DNA of 64,000 bases from an uncultured bacterium (GTDB lineage: Bacteria; Zixibacteria; MSB-5A5; JAABVY01; JAHJOQ01). Each line of letters opens with the position of its first letter. The stretch's first letter is position 1. The translations under genes and the position numbers were made by a program. The stretch lies in assembly GCA_965369655.1 (NCBI GenBank), contig CBDUQR010000012.1:1-64000 (forward strand), written 5' to 3'. The notes under the pieces are model-generated. The model did no database searches. It was not told the origin of the DNA and saw only the letters and a program-made list of their open reading frames with translations. Positions 21,401 to 31,400 of this stretch are shown here, piece after piece.

Positions 21401-22007
21401 CCTCGATGAGCAGGTCAGAGATCTCATATCCGCCAAGGACGACCTCAAATCTACAATCACGAGGATCAATACTACCGCGAGGAAGCTGTTCAGCGAGACC
21501 CTCGACATGGTCCGGGCGAATTTCCAGGAGGTTTTCCAGGAACTATTCGAGGGCGGGGAAGCCGATGTCCAACTCGAAGAGGGCGTCGATCCATTGGAAG
21601 CGAATATTGTCATCAGGGCGCGTCCGCGCGGGAAGAAAATCCTCTCCATCCAGCAGCTTTCGGGGGGGGAGAGAGCGCTGACCGCGATATCCCTGCTCTT
21701 CTCGCTTTATCTTGTGAAGCCGTCGCCTTTCTGCGTGCTCGACGAGGTGGATGCCCCGCTGGATGACGCGAACATCGGCCGTTTCCTCAGGATGATCCGG
21801 AAGTTCTCTGAGACCACACAGTTTATAATTATCACGCACAACAAGATTACGATGGAAGCTGCCGATATTCTCTATGGCGTGACGATGGAGAAGCCGGGGG
21901 TCTCGCAGATCGTGAGCGTGAATCTCGATGACATCGACGAAATTGATCCGCTCATCGAAGGAAGCAAGACAGTTGACGCCGAAGAAGTTGTGAGTTCGGA
22001 AGCATGA
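18411..22007 (+). CDS. smc: Chromosome segregation protein SMC
   Basis: GFKSF, GPNGCGKTN, coiled coils and hinge, LSGGE, LDEVDAPLD. Confidence 0.98.
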   Translation: MHLSKLQLLGFKSFPEKTNLVFKRAMTSIVGPNGCGKTNLLDAIRWVLGESRMSVLRGSRLEEIIFAGTRDFKPLGMAEVSLTFDNHDQTVPSGYNEINITRRLFRSGDSEFLINRTPCRLKDITDMFLDTGLGPSAYSVIEQSMVDVLLSDKTEDRRFLFEEAAGITKYKQRKRQAIRKLDATEVDLLRLQDVLAEVGSQVSSLRRQVSKAERHRSLLEDIKRTGVSLSSAEWRRLEESEKRLSRDLDDARSKTESLSANEKQLELERENISLTRAEKEQSLRDVQSELERAVGKCHNLENELSVLKEKVRSSRELFAQAGQDIDSLQGRRDSLDDEIDGNEREQDKAAKHIDSLNSGLSEKESEYEQRLQRFRSVREQLDSKLSALAELNDRLTLKRENQLSLDLQYGSDSRKLSELDDDIDRLKQDIERVSSQREEKAATASETNSDLETIKSDLEKSLSEKAGYEDALGAIDERSRQLDSRLDRVTGRSEFLEGVVSEYEGYGPGAAALGRIKEEIPGVLDTVANLVQTDSENSRLIQAVLGEYASFFVVEDSNVAAKVIERVRGEQLGRVGLIIKSRAKELSAHRDSRDSVDYTPVRSLVRGDDDLSEVLDFLFADHYLCESFSESLSDGLADCNLWTREGELTASGGMVRAAGLHEIVLVGRKQEIETLAADREKIVSDLDGLKSERFAEVEKLERVSQRIDELELKLSETEKRSSEIRVEIAGCEYELASLERQRTEKDRARNELTEALESISRDKGEIGGELELLRGQSGEMEQEVERLRKEAAETEQLSADSERESNRLKMELVGAEGQLDILRSNHQKMTELRTDIVETLAAREQQQSEYLATAVDCRRSIREGEADLKSRYEDVETRRAGVIAINSEIAEFDNKLSILDGDLKNVRRELNEFRERMHQLDLELSSVRSRKASHVQDSIEHYEFDPSKSSMQFELSDEQRADMEEELAKLRQRLDAIGPVNMLALDEYEEQRKRHQFLDEQVRDLISAKDDLKSTITRINTTARKLFSETLDMVRANFQEVFQELFEGGEADVQLEEGVDPLEANIVIRARPRGKKILSIQQLSGGERALTAISLLFSLYLVKPSPFCVLDEVDAPLDDANIGRFLRMIRKFSETTQFIIITHNKITMEAADILYGVTMEKPGVSQIVSVNLDDIDEIDPLIEGSKTVDAEEVVSSEA

Positions 22008-22924
22008 AGTTTTCCTTCAAGCGACTTAAGAACGGACTGACCCGAACCAAGTCGAATCTGGTCGGACGTGTCAAATCGGTAATAGGTCTTCACGTGAAGG
22101 TGGACGATGACCTCATCGAGGGACTCGAACAGGTGCTCATCGAATCTGATGTCGGCGTCGGAGCAACAGCAAAAATAATCGAAGGACTAAAGGAGCGGGT
22201 GAAAGCCGACGGTGTCGCGGAGTCTGATAGCGTGCTGGAAATGCTGAAGGCGGAAGTCTCCGAGATACTCGTTTCCGAGAATCATCGGGAGAGTTTCTTT
22301 GAGACTGATGCGAGGCCGTTTGTGATAATGGTTGTGGGGGTCAACGGGACCGGAAAGACTACGTCGATCGGAAAGCTCGCCAACACATTCAAGGAGAATG
22401 GCAAATCTGTGCTTGTCGCGGCATGCGATACGTTCCGCGCGGCAGCGATAGAACAGCTCGAGATATGGACTGACAGGGTTGGATGTGAATTCGTTCGGTC
22501 GACGCCGGGAGCCGACAGCGCAGCGGTCGCGTTTGACGCTGTGCAAGCTGCGAAGTCGCGGGGGATCGATGTTGTGATTATCGACACCGCCGGACGCTTA
22601 CACACCAAAAAGAATCTCATGGAAGAATTGAAGAAGATCAAGCGAGTCGTTGCAAAGGCAGACCAGACGGCTCCTCATGAAATACTCCTGACTATCGATG
22701 CTACGACGGGTCAGAACGGCGTGCAGCAGGTGAAGGTCTTCGATGAAGCTATCAACCTGACAGGACTGCTTCTCACGAAGCTCGACGGCACCGCGAAAGG
22801 CGGGATTGTCATAGCCATCGCTGAGGAATTCGATGTGCCGGTCAGGTTCGTCGGACTCGGCGAACAGATCGATGACCTGGATGAGTTTTCCCCGCGTGAT
22901 TTTGTCGAGGCACTGTTCACATGA
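22004..22924 (+). CDS. ftsY: SRP receptor FtsY
   Basis: [31 protein letters not shown]. Confidence 0.98.
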   Translation: MKFSFKRLKNGLTRTKSNLVGRVKSVIGLHVKVDDDLIEGLEQVLIESDVGVGATAKIIEGLKERVKADGVAESDSVLEMLKAEVSEILVSENHRESFFETDARPFVIMVVGVNGTGKTTSIGKLANTFKENGKSVLVAACDTFRAAAIEQLEIWTDRVGCEFVRSTPGADSAAVAFDAVQAAKSRGIDVVIIDTAGRLHTKKNLMEELKKIKRVVAKADQTAPHEILLTIDATTGQNGVQQVKVFDEAINLTGLLLTKLDGTAKGGIVIAIAEEFDVPVRFVGLGEQIDDLDEFSPRDFVEALFT

Positions 22925-23322
22925 TGGTGACACTCGACGTCAGGACATCTGAACGCAATCAACTGGTCGATATCACGAGTCAGATAAGAAGAGCAGTTCG
23001 AGACTCCGGCGTCTCGGATGGAGCATGCCTCGTCTATGTTCCTCACACCACTGCCGCTGTCACGATCAACGAGAATGCTGATCCGACCGTGAAGCAGGAC
23101 ATCCTGATGATGCTGGGCAAGCTGGTGCCGCTGTCTCGTGAGTTCCGCCACGCCGAAGGCAATTCCGACGCCCATGTCAAAGCAACACTCGTCGGATCGT
23201 CTGTCAGAGTCATTGTCGAAAGCGGCGACATCCTGCTGGGACGATGGCAGGGGATATTCTTCTGCGAATTCGACGGTCCCCGGTCCCGCCGCGTGCATGT
23301 GCAAGTCTCATCGAACGGATGA
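22921..23322 (+). CDS. yjbQ: YjbQ / secondary thiamine-phosphate synthase family
   Basis: [40 protein letters not shown]. Confidence 0.93.
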   Translation: MMVTLDVRTSERNQLVDITSQIRRAVRDSGVSDGACLVYVPHTTAAVTINENADPTVKQDILMMLGKLVPLSREFRHAEGNSDAHVKATLVGSSVRVIVESGDILLGRWQGIFFCEFDGPRSRRVHVQVSSNG

Positions 23323-23789
23323 TCAGATTCAGGATCATAGATACCGGCAAGCCTCCAAAAGACTGGCGTGAGGCGGCATTCGAGCACTATGTCAAGTTGA
23401 TCTCACCTTACGCCAAAGTCGAATGCAGCTTCGTGAAAGAGCGCAAGGTTGATTCCGGCGCCGATCCTGATGCTGCGTTGCGGAAAGAGGCTGGCGATAT
23501 GATCGGGCTGCTGTCGAGCGGTTCGTATTCGTTTGCGCTGGACAAATCGGGATCAATGCGTTCGACCGAAGAGTTGTCCGATCATTTCAGCGACCTGTTG
23601 CAGAGACAGTCGAGGTTTGATTTTCTGATCGGCGGACCGTGGGGACTTCACGCTGACGTCCTCGTCGCATCCGATGAAGTCTTGTCATTGTCGAAGTTCA
23701 CGTTTCCTCACGATCTTGCACGAGTCATGCTCGCCGAACAACTCTACAGAGTCCTCTCTATCCACAACAATCTCCCGTATCACAAGTAG
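23319..23789 (+). CDS. rlmH: 23S rRNA m3Psi1915 methyltransferase
   Basis: [27 protein letters not shown]. Confidence 0.93.
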   Translation: MIRFRIIDTGKPPKDWREAAFEHYVKLISPYAKVECSFVKERKVDSGADPDAALRKEAGDMIGLLSSGSYSFALDKSGSMRSTEELSDHFSDLLQRQSRFDFLIGGPWGLHADVLVASDEVLSLSKFTFPHDLARVMLAEQLYRVLSIHNNLPYHK

Positions 23790-23797
23790 ACAGATGT

Positions 23798-23910
23798 AGG
23801 CTGTAGGTCAAACACGACCTACTTTTGAGACAGCCTCTCCACATTTGCCGATGTCAACGCAAGATGGGGCAGACGAGGACGCGAGCCTTGAGCTTCGAAA
23901 TATCTGCCAG
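23798..23910. repeat. REP cluster
   Basis: GTAGGTC...GACCTAC hairpin within AGGCTGT...ACAGCCT; GCAAGATGGGGCAGACGAGGACG shared with ~46386. Confidence 0.65.
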
Positions 23911-23997
23911 TCACAGATATGCCGACCTCAGAACAGAAGGGCATGACACTCCGTTTTTTGATTGGCATAAAGAGCGTTTTTTCTTAGAATAGACAGC

Positions 23998-25023
23998 ATG
24001 ACTGCGGAACGTCTCACAACACCTGATCGGATGTCGAACGAGGTCGATCTCGATGTTACTCTGCGTCCGAAGACATTCGACGAATTTGTCGGGCAGCCGA
24101 AGCTCAAAGAAAACCTGAAGGTATTTGTCCAGGCCGCGAAAGAACGTGGTGAGGCGCTGGATCATTGCCTTTTCTGCGGGCCGCCCGGTCTTGGCAAGAC
24201 AACGCTCGCGTATATTATGGGCGAGGCTCTCGGTGTGCGAGTCAGGTCGACTTCCGGGCCTGTGCTCGAAAAAGCCGCCGATCTCGCTGGACTCCTGACG
24301 AATCTCAAGGAACGGGAGATTCTTTTCATCGATGAAATACATCGTCTCAGTCGGGTCGTCGAGGAGTATCTCTATCCTGCGATGGAGGACTTTACGCTCG
24401 ATATCATGATCGACAGGGGTCCGGCCGCCAGATCGGTGAAACTGCCGCTGAAGCAATTTACTCTGATCGGCGCGACAACCCGCGCCGGACTCCTGACGTC
24501 GCCGTTGCGGGACCGCTTCGGAGTAGTCGGCAGGTTGAATTACTACGTGCCGGAGGATCTGCAGAAGATAGTGATTCGCTCGTCGACTATTCTCGGAATC
24601 GATGTCCAGCCCGATGGCGCGCATGAACTCGCGCGGCGATCGCGCGGTACTCCGAGAGTCGCGAATCGTCTTCTCAGGAGGGTGAGAGATTTCGCCCAGG
24701 TCGCGGGCGAGGTTGTCATCACGAGTCAGAATGCGAGAGATGCGCTGATACGCCTTGATGTCGACGATCTCGGACTCGATGAAATGGACAAGAGGATTCT
24801 CGAAGCGATAATCTGTAAGTTTCACGGCGGGCCGGTCGGTATCTCGACGATCGCCGTAGCCGTTGGAGAGGAGCCGGGTACGATTGAAGAGGTCTACGAG
24901 CCATTCCTGATTCAGGAGGGACTGCTCGAAAGGACTCCTCGCGGCAGAGTCGCCACACCGTTGGCATTCCGGCACCTCGGTCTTGCGATCAAATCCGATA
25001 CGGACCAGGGCAAACTGTTCTGA
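23998..25023 (+). CDS. ruvB: Holliday junction branch migration helicase RuvB
   Basis: [34 protein letters not shown]. Confidence 0.98.
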   Translation: MTAERLTTPDRMSNEVDLDVTLRPKTFDEFVGQPKLKENLKVFVQAAKERGEALDHCLFCGPPGLGKTTLAYIMGEALGVRVRSTSGPVLEKAADLAGLLTNLKEREILFIDEIHRLSRVVEEYLYPAMEDFTLDIMIDRGPAARSVKLPLKQFTLIGATTRAGLLTSPLRDRFGVVGRLNYYVPEDLQKIVIRSSTILGIDVQPDGAHELARRSRGTPRVANRLLRRVRDFAQVAGEVVITSQNARDALIRLDVDDLGLDEMDKRILEAIICKFHGGPVGISTIAVAVGEEPGTIEEVYEPFLIQEGLLERTPRGRVATPLAFRHLGLAIKSDTDQGKLF

Positions 25024-25029
25024 CCGACG

Positions 25030-25563
25030 ATGAAAATCCTGATTCATATATGCTGCGGGCCGTGTTCTGTCTATCCATTCGACAAGCTCGCCGAAGAAGG
25101 GCACCAGCTTACGGGGTACTGGTACAACCCGAACATACATCCATACAAAGAATACAGGGAGCGGCTCGGCAGCCTGAAGGAATTCGAGAGGATCAAAGGT
25201 TTCGAGATCGTATACGATGACAGGTACGAACTCGAAAAGTATCTCGAAGCTGTGATGCCGGACCTCGAAAACCGTTGCATGCACTGCTATGAATTGAGAC
25301 TCGCCGAAACCGCGAAGCACGCTTCCGAGAACGACTACGATGCTTTCACGAGTACACTTCTCGTTTCGCCATACCAGAAGCAGGCATGGATTCGCGAGGT
25401 CGGCGCTGCCATGGAACGGGAATTCGGTGTGACATTCCTCGATATAGATTTCACTCCCGGTTTCAGGGATGGAAAGCAGAAAGCTTACGACATGGGGCTG
25501 TACATGCAGAAATACTGCGGGTGTATATTCTCCGAGAAAGAGAGATACGAGAAACGAAAATGA
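25030..25563 (+). CDS. queH: Epoxyqueuosine reductase QueH
   Basis: HICCGPCS, NPNIHP, RCMHCY, QKYCGC. Confidence 0.93.
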   Translation: MKILIHICCGPCSVYPFDKLAEEGHQLTGYWYNPNIHPYKEYRERLGSLKEFERIKGFEIVYDDRYELEKYLEAVMPDLENRCMHCYELRLAETAKHASENDYDAFTSTLLVSPYQKQAWIREVGAAMEREFGVTFLDIDFTPGFRDGKQKAYDMGLYMQKYCGCIFSEKERYEKRK

Positions 25564-26585
25564 GAGTATCGGCGTTCGATTATGATCTCCCTGAGCACTT
25601 GATAGCGCAGTATCCGCCTGAGAAACGCTCCGATTCGAGACTGCTCGCTTTCGATCGCGACTCCGGCAGGATAGAGCATCTGCATTTCCAGGACATCCTG
25701 AAATTCCTCAAGTCGGGTGATGTCTTAGTTGTCAACGATACGAAGGTATTCAAGGCGAGGCTTCGAGGAAAGAAAGAAGGGACATCAGGGCAGGTTGAAT
25801 TCCTCTGCCTTAAGCCTGTCAGAGATACGATCTGGCGAGTGCTGTGCCGTCCGGCGAAACGGATCAGACGCGGAGCAACTATACTATTTGATGATGGTGC
25901 GAGTGCGCGTGTAATCGAGGAAGTCGACGGCGGCGAGAGGATCGTGGAATTCTCGGACGATCCGCTGAACATCTGCGATCGTATCGGAGAATTGCCGCTT
26001 CCGCCTTATATCAAACGAACCGCTGACGTGTCCGACCTTACGAGATATCAGACTGTTTACAGCGATCCGGTCGGCTCTGTGGCGGCTCCGACAGCCGGGC
26101 TTCATTTCACCGATCAGATGCTCGACGAAATCCGCGAATCGGGTATCGAGTTGATCCATATCACGTTGCATGTCGGCTGGGGAACATTCAAACCGGTCGC
26201 AGTCGACGAGATCGAGGATCATTCGGTTGAACGGGAGTGGTACACGGTGAGCAGTGAAGCCGCCGAAAGGATCACGCGTTTACGGAGTGGGAATAACAAT
26301 CTTGTTGCAGTCGGAACCACGACTACGAGGGCTCTCGAAAGCTGGTACAGAGATACGTTGGGTGAACTGACGGCATACTCCGGCGAGACTGATCTGTTTA
26401 TTCATCCGCCTTATCGGTTCAATCTGGTTGACAAGCTGGTCACGAATTTCCATCTTCCGAGGTCGAGCCTTCTGATGCTTGTATCGGCATTCGCGGGACA
26501 CGAGGATATCTTGCGGTGCTACCACGAGGCCGTTGAGCGTGAGTATCGCTTCTTCAGCTATGGCGACGCCATGATGCTATTATGA
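25560..26585 (+). CDS. queA: SAM:tRNA ribosyltransferase-isomerase
   Basis: FDYDLP..LIAQ, PLPPYI, AAPTAGLHF, TNFHLP, FFSYGDAM. Confidence 0.97.
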   Translation: MRVSAFDYDLPEHLIAQYPPEKRSDSRLLAFDRDSGRIEHLHFQDILKFLKSGDVLVVNDTKVFKARLRGKKEGTSGQVEFLCLKPVRDTIWRVLCRPAKRIRRGATILFDDGASARVIEEVDGGERIVEFSDDPLNICDRIGELPLPPYIKRTADVSDLTRYQTVYSDPVGSVAAPTAGLHFTDQMLDEIRESGIELIHITLHVGWGTFKPVAVDEIEDHSVEREWYTVSSEAAERITRLRSGNNNLVAVGTTTTRALESWYRDTLGELTAYSGETDLFIHPPYRFNLVDKLVTNFHLPRSSLLMLVSAFAGHEDILRCYHEAVEREYRFFSYGDAMMLL

Positions 26586-27274
26586 AAACAACCGCTGTCA
26601 TACTTGCCGCCGGCAAGAGCGAGAGACTACCGGGTGCTGTGCCGAAACAGTTCCGTCCTGTCGCGGGAATGCCGGTGCTGGCACACACGCTACGGCGATT
26701 CGAACGATGCGATGCAGTGTCGGATGTGGTAATCGTGGTCCCCGAGCAGTACCTGCCGTACACCGGCGAATCGATTGTCGAGAGATTCGGGATAGAGAAG
26801 GTGCGCGCTGTCGTAGCTGGTGGCGATTCGCGGTTCGAGTCGGTCATCCGCGGACTCGATGCGCTGCCAAAGGAGACGGAGATTGTTGTGATGCACGACG
26901 CGGTCAGGCCGCTTGTAACGCCCGACCTGATCGACAAGACTGTGCGAACATGTATTGATGAGGGCACCGCAGTCGCAGCCATAGTTGCAGGCGACGCGGT
27001 CAAGCGTGTGGAGAACGGATATGTGCTTGCGACTCTTGATCGCGAACGGATGTATCTGGTGCAGACGCCGCAGGCATTCAAACGCGGGCTTCTGGTCGAG
27101 AGCTATGCCAATGCTTCGGACCACTACTCCGATGATGCATCGGTGGTAGAGGCTGCGGGGCACAAGGTCAGAATCATCGAGGGTGATCCAATGAATCTGA
27201 AGATCATACGGCCTCGAGACCTTGATCTGGTGAGGTTCTGCTTAAGCAATTTTGATGGAGAGACGAATGGCTGA
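26582..27274 (+). CDS. ispD: MEP cytidylyltransferase
   Basis: ILAAG, PKQF, HDAVRP, QTPQAF, NLKI. Confidence 0.94.
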   Translation: MKTTAVILAAGKSERLPGAVPKQFRPVAGMPVLAHTLRRFERCDAVSDVVIVVPEQYLPYTGESIVERFGIEKVRAVVAGGDSRFESVIRGLDALPKETEIVVMHDAVRPLVTPDLIDKTVRTCIDEGTAVAAIVAGDAVKRVENGYVLATLDRERMYLVQTPQAFKRGLLVESYANASDHYSDDASVVEAAGHKVRIIEGDPMNLKIIRPRDLDLVRFCLSNFDGETNG

Positions 27275-27797
27275 ACTGAGAGTCGGTTACGGCTTCGACG
27301 TGCACAGGATGATCGAAGGCAGGAAACTCGTTCTGGGCGGGGTCGAGATCGAATTCCCGAAGGGACTGGATGGGTATTCCGATGCGGACGTCGTCTGCCA
27401 TGCGATCGTCGATGCACTTCTCGGTGCAGCGAGGCTCGGCGATATAGGCGATAATTTTCCGCCGACCGACCCGAAATACAAAGACATCGCCGGGCTGAGA
27501 CTCCTCGAACTCGTCAGGATCAAACTCGCCAACAGTGGTTACGAAGTAGAGAATATCGACGTCACGGTCATCTGCGAAGAACCGAAACTGAATGAAATCA
27601 AAGAAGTCATGGCGTCGGTGATAGCGCAGACTCTCAGAGTTGGCGCCGAGCAGGTTTCAATAAAAGCGACGACTTCCGATGGTCTCGGATGTACGGGCGA
27701 AGGGAAAGGCATTGCCGCGGCTGCTGTGACTCTTATCTCTGAGGTCCTTGTCGAAGAGGATGAAGAGGATGTCGATGAAGGGTACGAAGATGAATGA
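27267..27797 (+). CDS. ispF: MECDP synthase
   Basis: GYGFDVH, SDADVVCHA, GDIG..FP, SIKATT. Confidence 0.94.
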   Translation: MAELRVGYGFDVHRMIEGRKLVLGGVEIEFPKGLDGYSDADVVCHAIVDALLGAARLGDIGDNFPPTDPKYKDIAGLRLLELVRIKLANSGYEVENIDVTVICEEPKLNEIKEVMASVIAQTLRVGAEQVSIKATTSDGLGCTGEGKGIAAAAVTLISEVLVEEDEEDVDEGYEDE

Positions 27798-28419
27798 ATT
27801 CATCTCTCCCGGGCAAATCGATGAAGTGATTGATCTGGTGACAAGACATGGCACTGGATGGATTCTCGCCTTCGTGTTCTTCTCGATGTTTGTAGAGAAT
27901 ATCTTTCCGCCCTATCCGGGTGATGCCGTGATATTCGCCGCCGGTTTCATAAGTGGATCGGGGAAGATGAGCGTGGCGCCGCTTCTGGTTTTGTCGATAA
28001 TAGGGAGCGTTGCATCGATCATGGTTGTTTACGCCGTAGGGCGCAGATACGGCAGGGCGATATTCGAGAGGCGACTTCTCAAGTCCCTCGGACCGGACAA
28101 TCTGCCGAGGATCGAATCCTGGTTTAGCAGGCACGGCGCCCGATTGATTCTGGCGTCGCGGTTCCTCGCGGGCACCCGCGCGTTGATCGCGCTCTCCGCA
28201 GGCGTCGGCAGGATCAGCGCACCCCGAATGGCTTTCTTTTCCACTCTGTCGGTCATCGTCTGGAACTGTCTGGTCATTCTTTCGGCGTACCATCTTCACA
28301 GCAACTGGGAAGTAGTCTACGAAATCTTCTCGACATATAACCGAGCCGTATTCGTTGTCGTAATAGCTGTAGTCGCATTTTTCGTCATCAGGGGGTTTGT
28401 CAGGAGGCGGCGCGGCTGA
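27790..28419 (+). CDS. DedA family membrane protein
   Basis: ENIFPPYPGD, SRFLAGTR, AG motif. Confidence 0.9.
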   Translation: MNEFISPGQIDEVIDLVTRHGTGWILAFVFFSMFVENIFPPYPGDAVIFAAGFISGSGKMSVAPLLVLSIIGSVASIMVVYAVGRRYGRAIFERRLLKSLGPDNLPRIESWFSRHGARLILASRFLAGTRALIALSAGVGRISAPRMAFFSTLSVIVWNCLVILSAYHLHSNWEVVYEIFSTYNRAVFVVVIAVVAFFVIRGFVRRRRG

Positions 28420-29453
28420 TGAATGTACTCGTGCTTATGGGCGGGGTGTCGCCCGAACGCGATGTCTCACTCGATTCCGGCGCTGCGGTGTGTCAGGCAT
28501 TGGAGACTGCCGGACACAACGTGATCGGACTCGATACAGGAGCCGATGCGAAACTGCCGGAGATCGGAACGAACGTACTCTCACCTGCCGTCAAACCGGA
28601 TCCTCCCGACATGCGCGAGTTGACCCGGCTGGACAGGCAGTTCGCGCTCAAGAGCATTACGGCTGAATCCCTGCGCGATGTCGATGTCGTCTTTATTGCA
28701 CTTCACGGCGGAGCGGGTGAGAACGGCGAGATACAGGCGTTGCTGGAGCTTGCAGGTGTCGCATACACAGGATCACAGGTGCTCGCTTCGGCACTCGCGA
28801 TGGACAAGGATATGAGCAAGAAGGTATTCCGGAGTGAGCGGATTCCGACGCCAAAATGGGTTATGGTCGGCAAGACAGTAGATGGAGATTACTCTGAATA
28901 TGTCGCCGTGATCGCTGAGAATCTCGGCTATCCGGTGATCGTGAAACCGAGCGATGCCGGATCGACCGTCGGCCTGAGTCTCGTGAAAAGCGAAACCGAT
29001 CTGATTCCCGCACTACAGCATGCTGCGGAATTCAGCGGGAGAATCATGGCTGAAGAGTATATTTCGGGCCGTGAGTTGACCGTTGGGGTGCTTGATGGCA
29101 AGGCTCTGCCGGTCGTCGAGATAATCCCGTCGCATGAGCTTTACGACTACGAGTGCAAGTATCTGCCGGGTAAGTCTGAGTATGTCGTGCCCGCTGAGAT
29201 CGACGACGACCTCAGACGAGAGCTTCAGGCATACAGCGAGCAGGCATTTGATGCGCTCGATTGTGCGGGATATGCTCGCGTCGATTTTCGTGTCGATCCG
29301 GAGAGCAGACCGTACTGCCTCGAGGTCAACACACTCCCCGGAATGACGACGACCAGCCTTGTGCCGAAGGCGGCGAGGGCGGCAGGGATGTCCTTTGAGA
29401 AACTCGTCGAGAGAATCTGCGAGGAAGCGGTCGAAAGAAGAATAGCGAGATGA
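28419..29453 (+). CDS. ddl: D-alanine--D-alanine ligase
   Basis: GGVSPERDVSL, LHGGAGENG, MDK, LEVNTLPGMT. Confidence 0.96.
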   Translation: MNVLVLMGGVSPERDVSLDSGAAVCQALETAGHNVIGLDTGADAKLPEIGTNVLSPAVKPDPPDMRELTRLDRQFALKSITAESLRDVDVVFIALHGGAGENGEIQALLELAGVAYTGSQVLASALAMDKDMSKKVFRSERIPTPKWVMVGKTVDGDYSEYVAVIAENLGYPVIVKPSDAGSTVGLSLVKSETDLIPALQHAAEFSGRIMAEEYISGRELTVGVLDGKALPVVEIIPSHELYDYECKYLPGKSEYVVPAEIDDDLRRELQAYSEQAFDALDCAGYARVDFRVDPESRPYCLEVNTLPGMTTTSLVPKAARAAGMSFEKLVERICEEAVERRIAR

Positions 29454-30184
29454 GCATACTGGACGGCAAACGGGCCGTACTGTTTGACCTGGGCGGTACC
29501 CTGATCGAATTCGAGGGAAAGAAACCGTGGAGCGGGCTCGAACTGGACGGCATGAAGAAATGCCATGCGTACCTGACTCAACTCGGTTTCGATCTTCCGA
29601 ATGCCGATGACTTCGCGGCGCGGTTCGCGCAGCACCATAACGAGATATGGAGAGACATCGCGCAGCATCACCGGGAGGTGATGTACGATCGCAGGCTGAA
29701 TGGGTTCCTCTCGCGGTTTGCGGTCGATTTGGGCGATCACATCGAGAGGCTCATGCAGGAATTCTATACTGTCGTCTCGGTACAGCTCGTACCGATCGAC
29801 GGAAGCGTTGAAGCATTGACCACCGTGGCGAAGAGAGGCTTCAAGATCGGCCTGGTTTCAAACTCGCCATTTCCAGCAGAGTGGCACCGCAGCGAGATGA
29901 AAAAGTTTGGGTTATACGATTACTTCGATTACTCGGTATTCTCGTCGGAATTCGGCATGCGCAAACCTGACCCATCGATATTCAAGGATTGCCTCGACAA
30001 TCTCGGAGTAGCGCCCTCCGAAACCGTACACGTAGGGGACAGGCCGACTGAGGATATTGTCGGCGCAAACGGTCTCGGCATCACATCAGTGTTGATTCGA
30101 AGAAATGACAGGAAACTTCCCTCGACTATCAAACCTGATTATATTATCGATAGTGTGACAGAACTGATTTCCACTCAGGCATAA
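29450..30184 (+). CDS. HAD-superfamily hydrolase
   Basis: LFDLGGTL, VSN, KPDP.IF, HVGD...DI. Confidence 0.9.
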   Translation: MSILDGKRAVLFDLGGTLIEFEGKKPWSGLELDGMKKCHAYLTQLGFDLPNADDFAARFAQHHNEIWRDIAQHHREVMYDRRLNGFLSRFAVDLGDHIERLMQEFYTVVSVQLVPIDGSVEALTTVAKRGFKIGLVSNSPFPAEWHRSEMKKFGLYDYFDYSVFSSEFGMRKPDPSIFKDCLDNLGVAPSETVHVGDRPTEDIVGANGLGITSVLIRRNDRKLPSTIKPDYIIDSVTELISTQA

Positions 30185-30195
30185 CGGGAGAGAAG

Positions 30196-31275
30196 ATGGA
30201 CAAGACAGAACTTCTGCTGCAGGAACTGACGGATGCATACGGCGCGCCGGGTCATGAGGCCGACATCGCGAAGATCATGCGGGGGCATCTCGATCCGATT
30301 TCCGACTCGATCACTTACGACAAGCTGGGCAGCATTATCGCCGAGAAGAAAGGGACATCCGGTGATCCGAGGGTCATGATAGCCGGTCATATGGATGAGG
30401 TCGGATTCATCGTCAGCTCGTTCACCAAGGAGGGCTTCATCAAGTTTCTGCCGCTCGGCGGCTGGTGGGGACATGTGGCGCTTGCACAGAGAGTGATTAT
30501 ACTCACATCCAAAGGTCCGGTGGTGGGAGTGATCGGATCGACCGCACCTCATCTTCTGGATATGGAGGAGCGCAAGAAAGTCGTGAAGGTCGAGGACATG
30601 TTCATAGATGTTGGAGTCAAGGAAAACTACGACATTAGAAAGAAACTGGGCGTCAGGGTTGGCGATGTCATCCTTCCGTACAGCCCGTTCACGATTATGA
30701 ACCATAAGAAAATGTATCTCGCAAAAGCTTTTGACGACCGGATCGGCTGTGCCGCGATAATCGAGGTGATGCAGAAGCTCAAGCGTGCGAAGCATCCGAA
30801 CACCGTATTCGGAATCGGAACCGTGCAGGAGGAAGTCGGTCTCAGAGGCGCGGGTACCGCCGCGTTCAAGTGCGATCCGGATGTAGCCATTGCGCTCGAT
30901 GTGGGACCGGCTAAGGATACGCCGGGCATCAAGGGTGAAAACGACGACAAACTCGGAGCAGGCGCTGCCATATTTGTGTATGATGCCGGACTGATTCCTA
31001 ACGTGAAACTGAAACAGCTCGTTATCGACACCGCCGAGAAGAACAAGATTCCATACTGTCTTACTACACTCCAGCGTGGCGCGACCGATGCCGGCAGGAT
31101 TCACATGGTCAGGCAGGGCGTACCGTCGATCTGCATTGCTGTAAACACTCGCTATATCCACGGGCATACGAGCGTGATCTACCGGGACGACTATCTTAAT
31201 GTGGTCAAGCTTGTGACAGCCCTGATTAAGCGACTCGACAGAAAGACCGTCGACGGATTGACAAGACCTGATTGA
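30196..31275 (+). CDS. M42 family metallo-aminopeptidase
   Basis: GHMDEVG, KAFDDR, QEEVGLRG, TDAG, RYIH. Confidence 0.94.
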   Translation: MDKTELLLQELTDAYGAPGHEADIAKIMRGHLDPISDSITYDKLGSIIAEKKGTSGDPRVMIAGHMDEVGFIVSSFTKEGFIKFLPLGGWWGHVALAQRVIILTSKGPVVGVIGSTAPHLLDMEERKKVVKVEDMFIDVGVKENYDIRKKLGVRVGDVILPYSPFTIMNHKKMYLAKAFDDRIGCAAIIEVMQKLKRAKHPNTVFGIGTVQEEVGLRGAGTAAFKCDPDVAIALDVGPAKDTPGIKGENDDKLGAGAAIFVYDAGLIPNVKLKQLVIDTAEKNKIPYCLTTLQRGATDAGRIHMVRQGVPSICIAVNTRYIHGHTSVIYRDDYLNVVKLVTALIKRLDRKTVDGLTRPD

Positions 31276-31400
31276 TGTGAATTCAAACACTATGGCTACC
31301 GAGGTACGTATATACAGGAACATGTGCGCTTCGATCTTAATTGGAGGAGTGCGCGCTTGATGGTTCACTCCAACCTGTCAGGACAGCCGGGAGTTTCGCA

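Noticed and set aside
23911-25320. 469-aa minus-strand ORF
   Set aside because: Antisense shadow of ruvB/queH with no recognisable motifs.
27370-27400. IspF GHSD to GYSD substitution as inactivation
   Set aside because: The Zn ligands (D, H, H) are retained and the gene is in its normal ispDF context; evidence is insufficient.
30175-31368. 397-aa minus-strand ORF
   Set aside because: Antisense shadow of the M42 peptidase.
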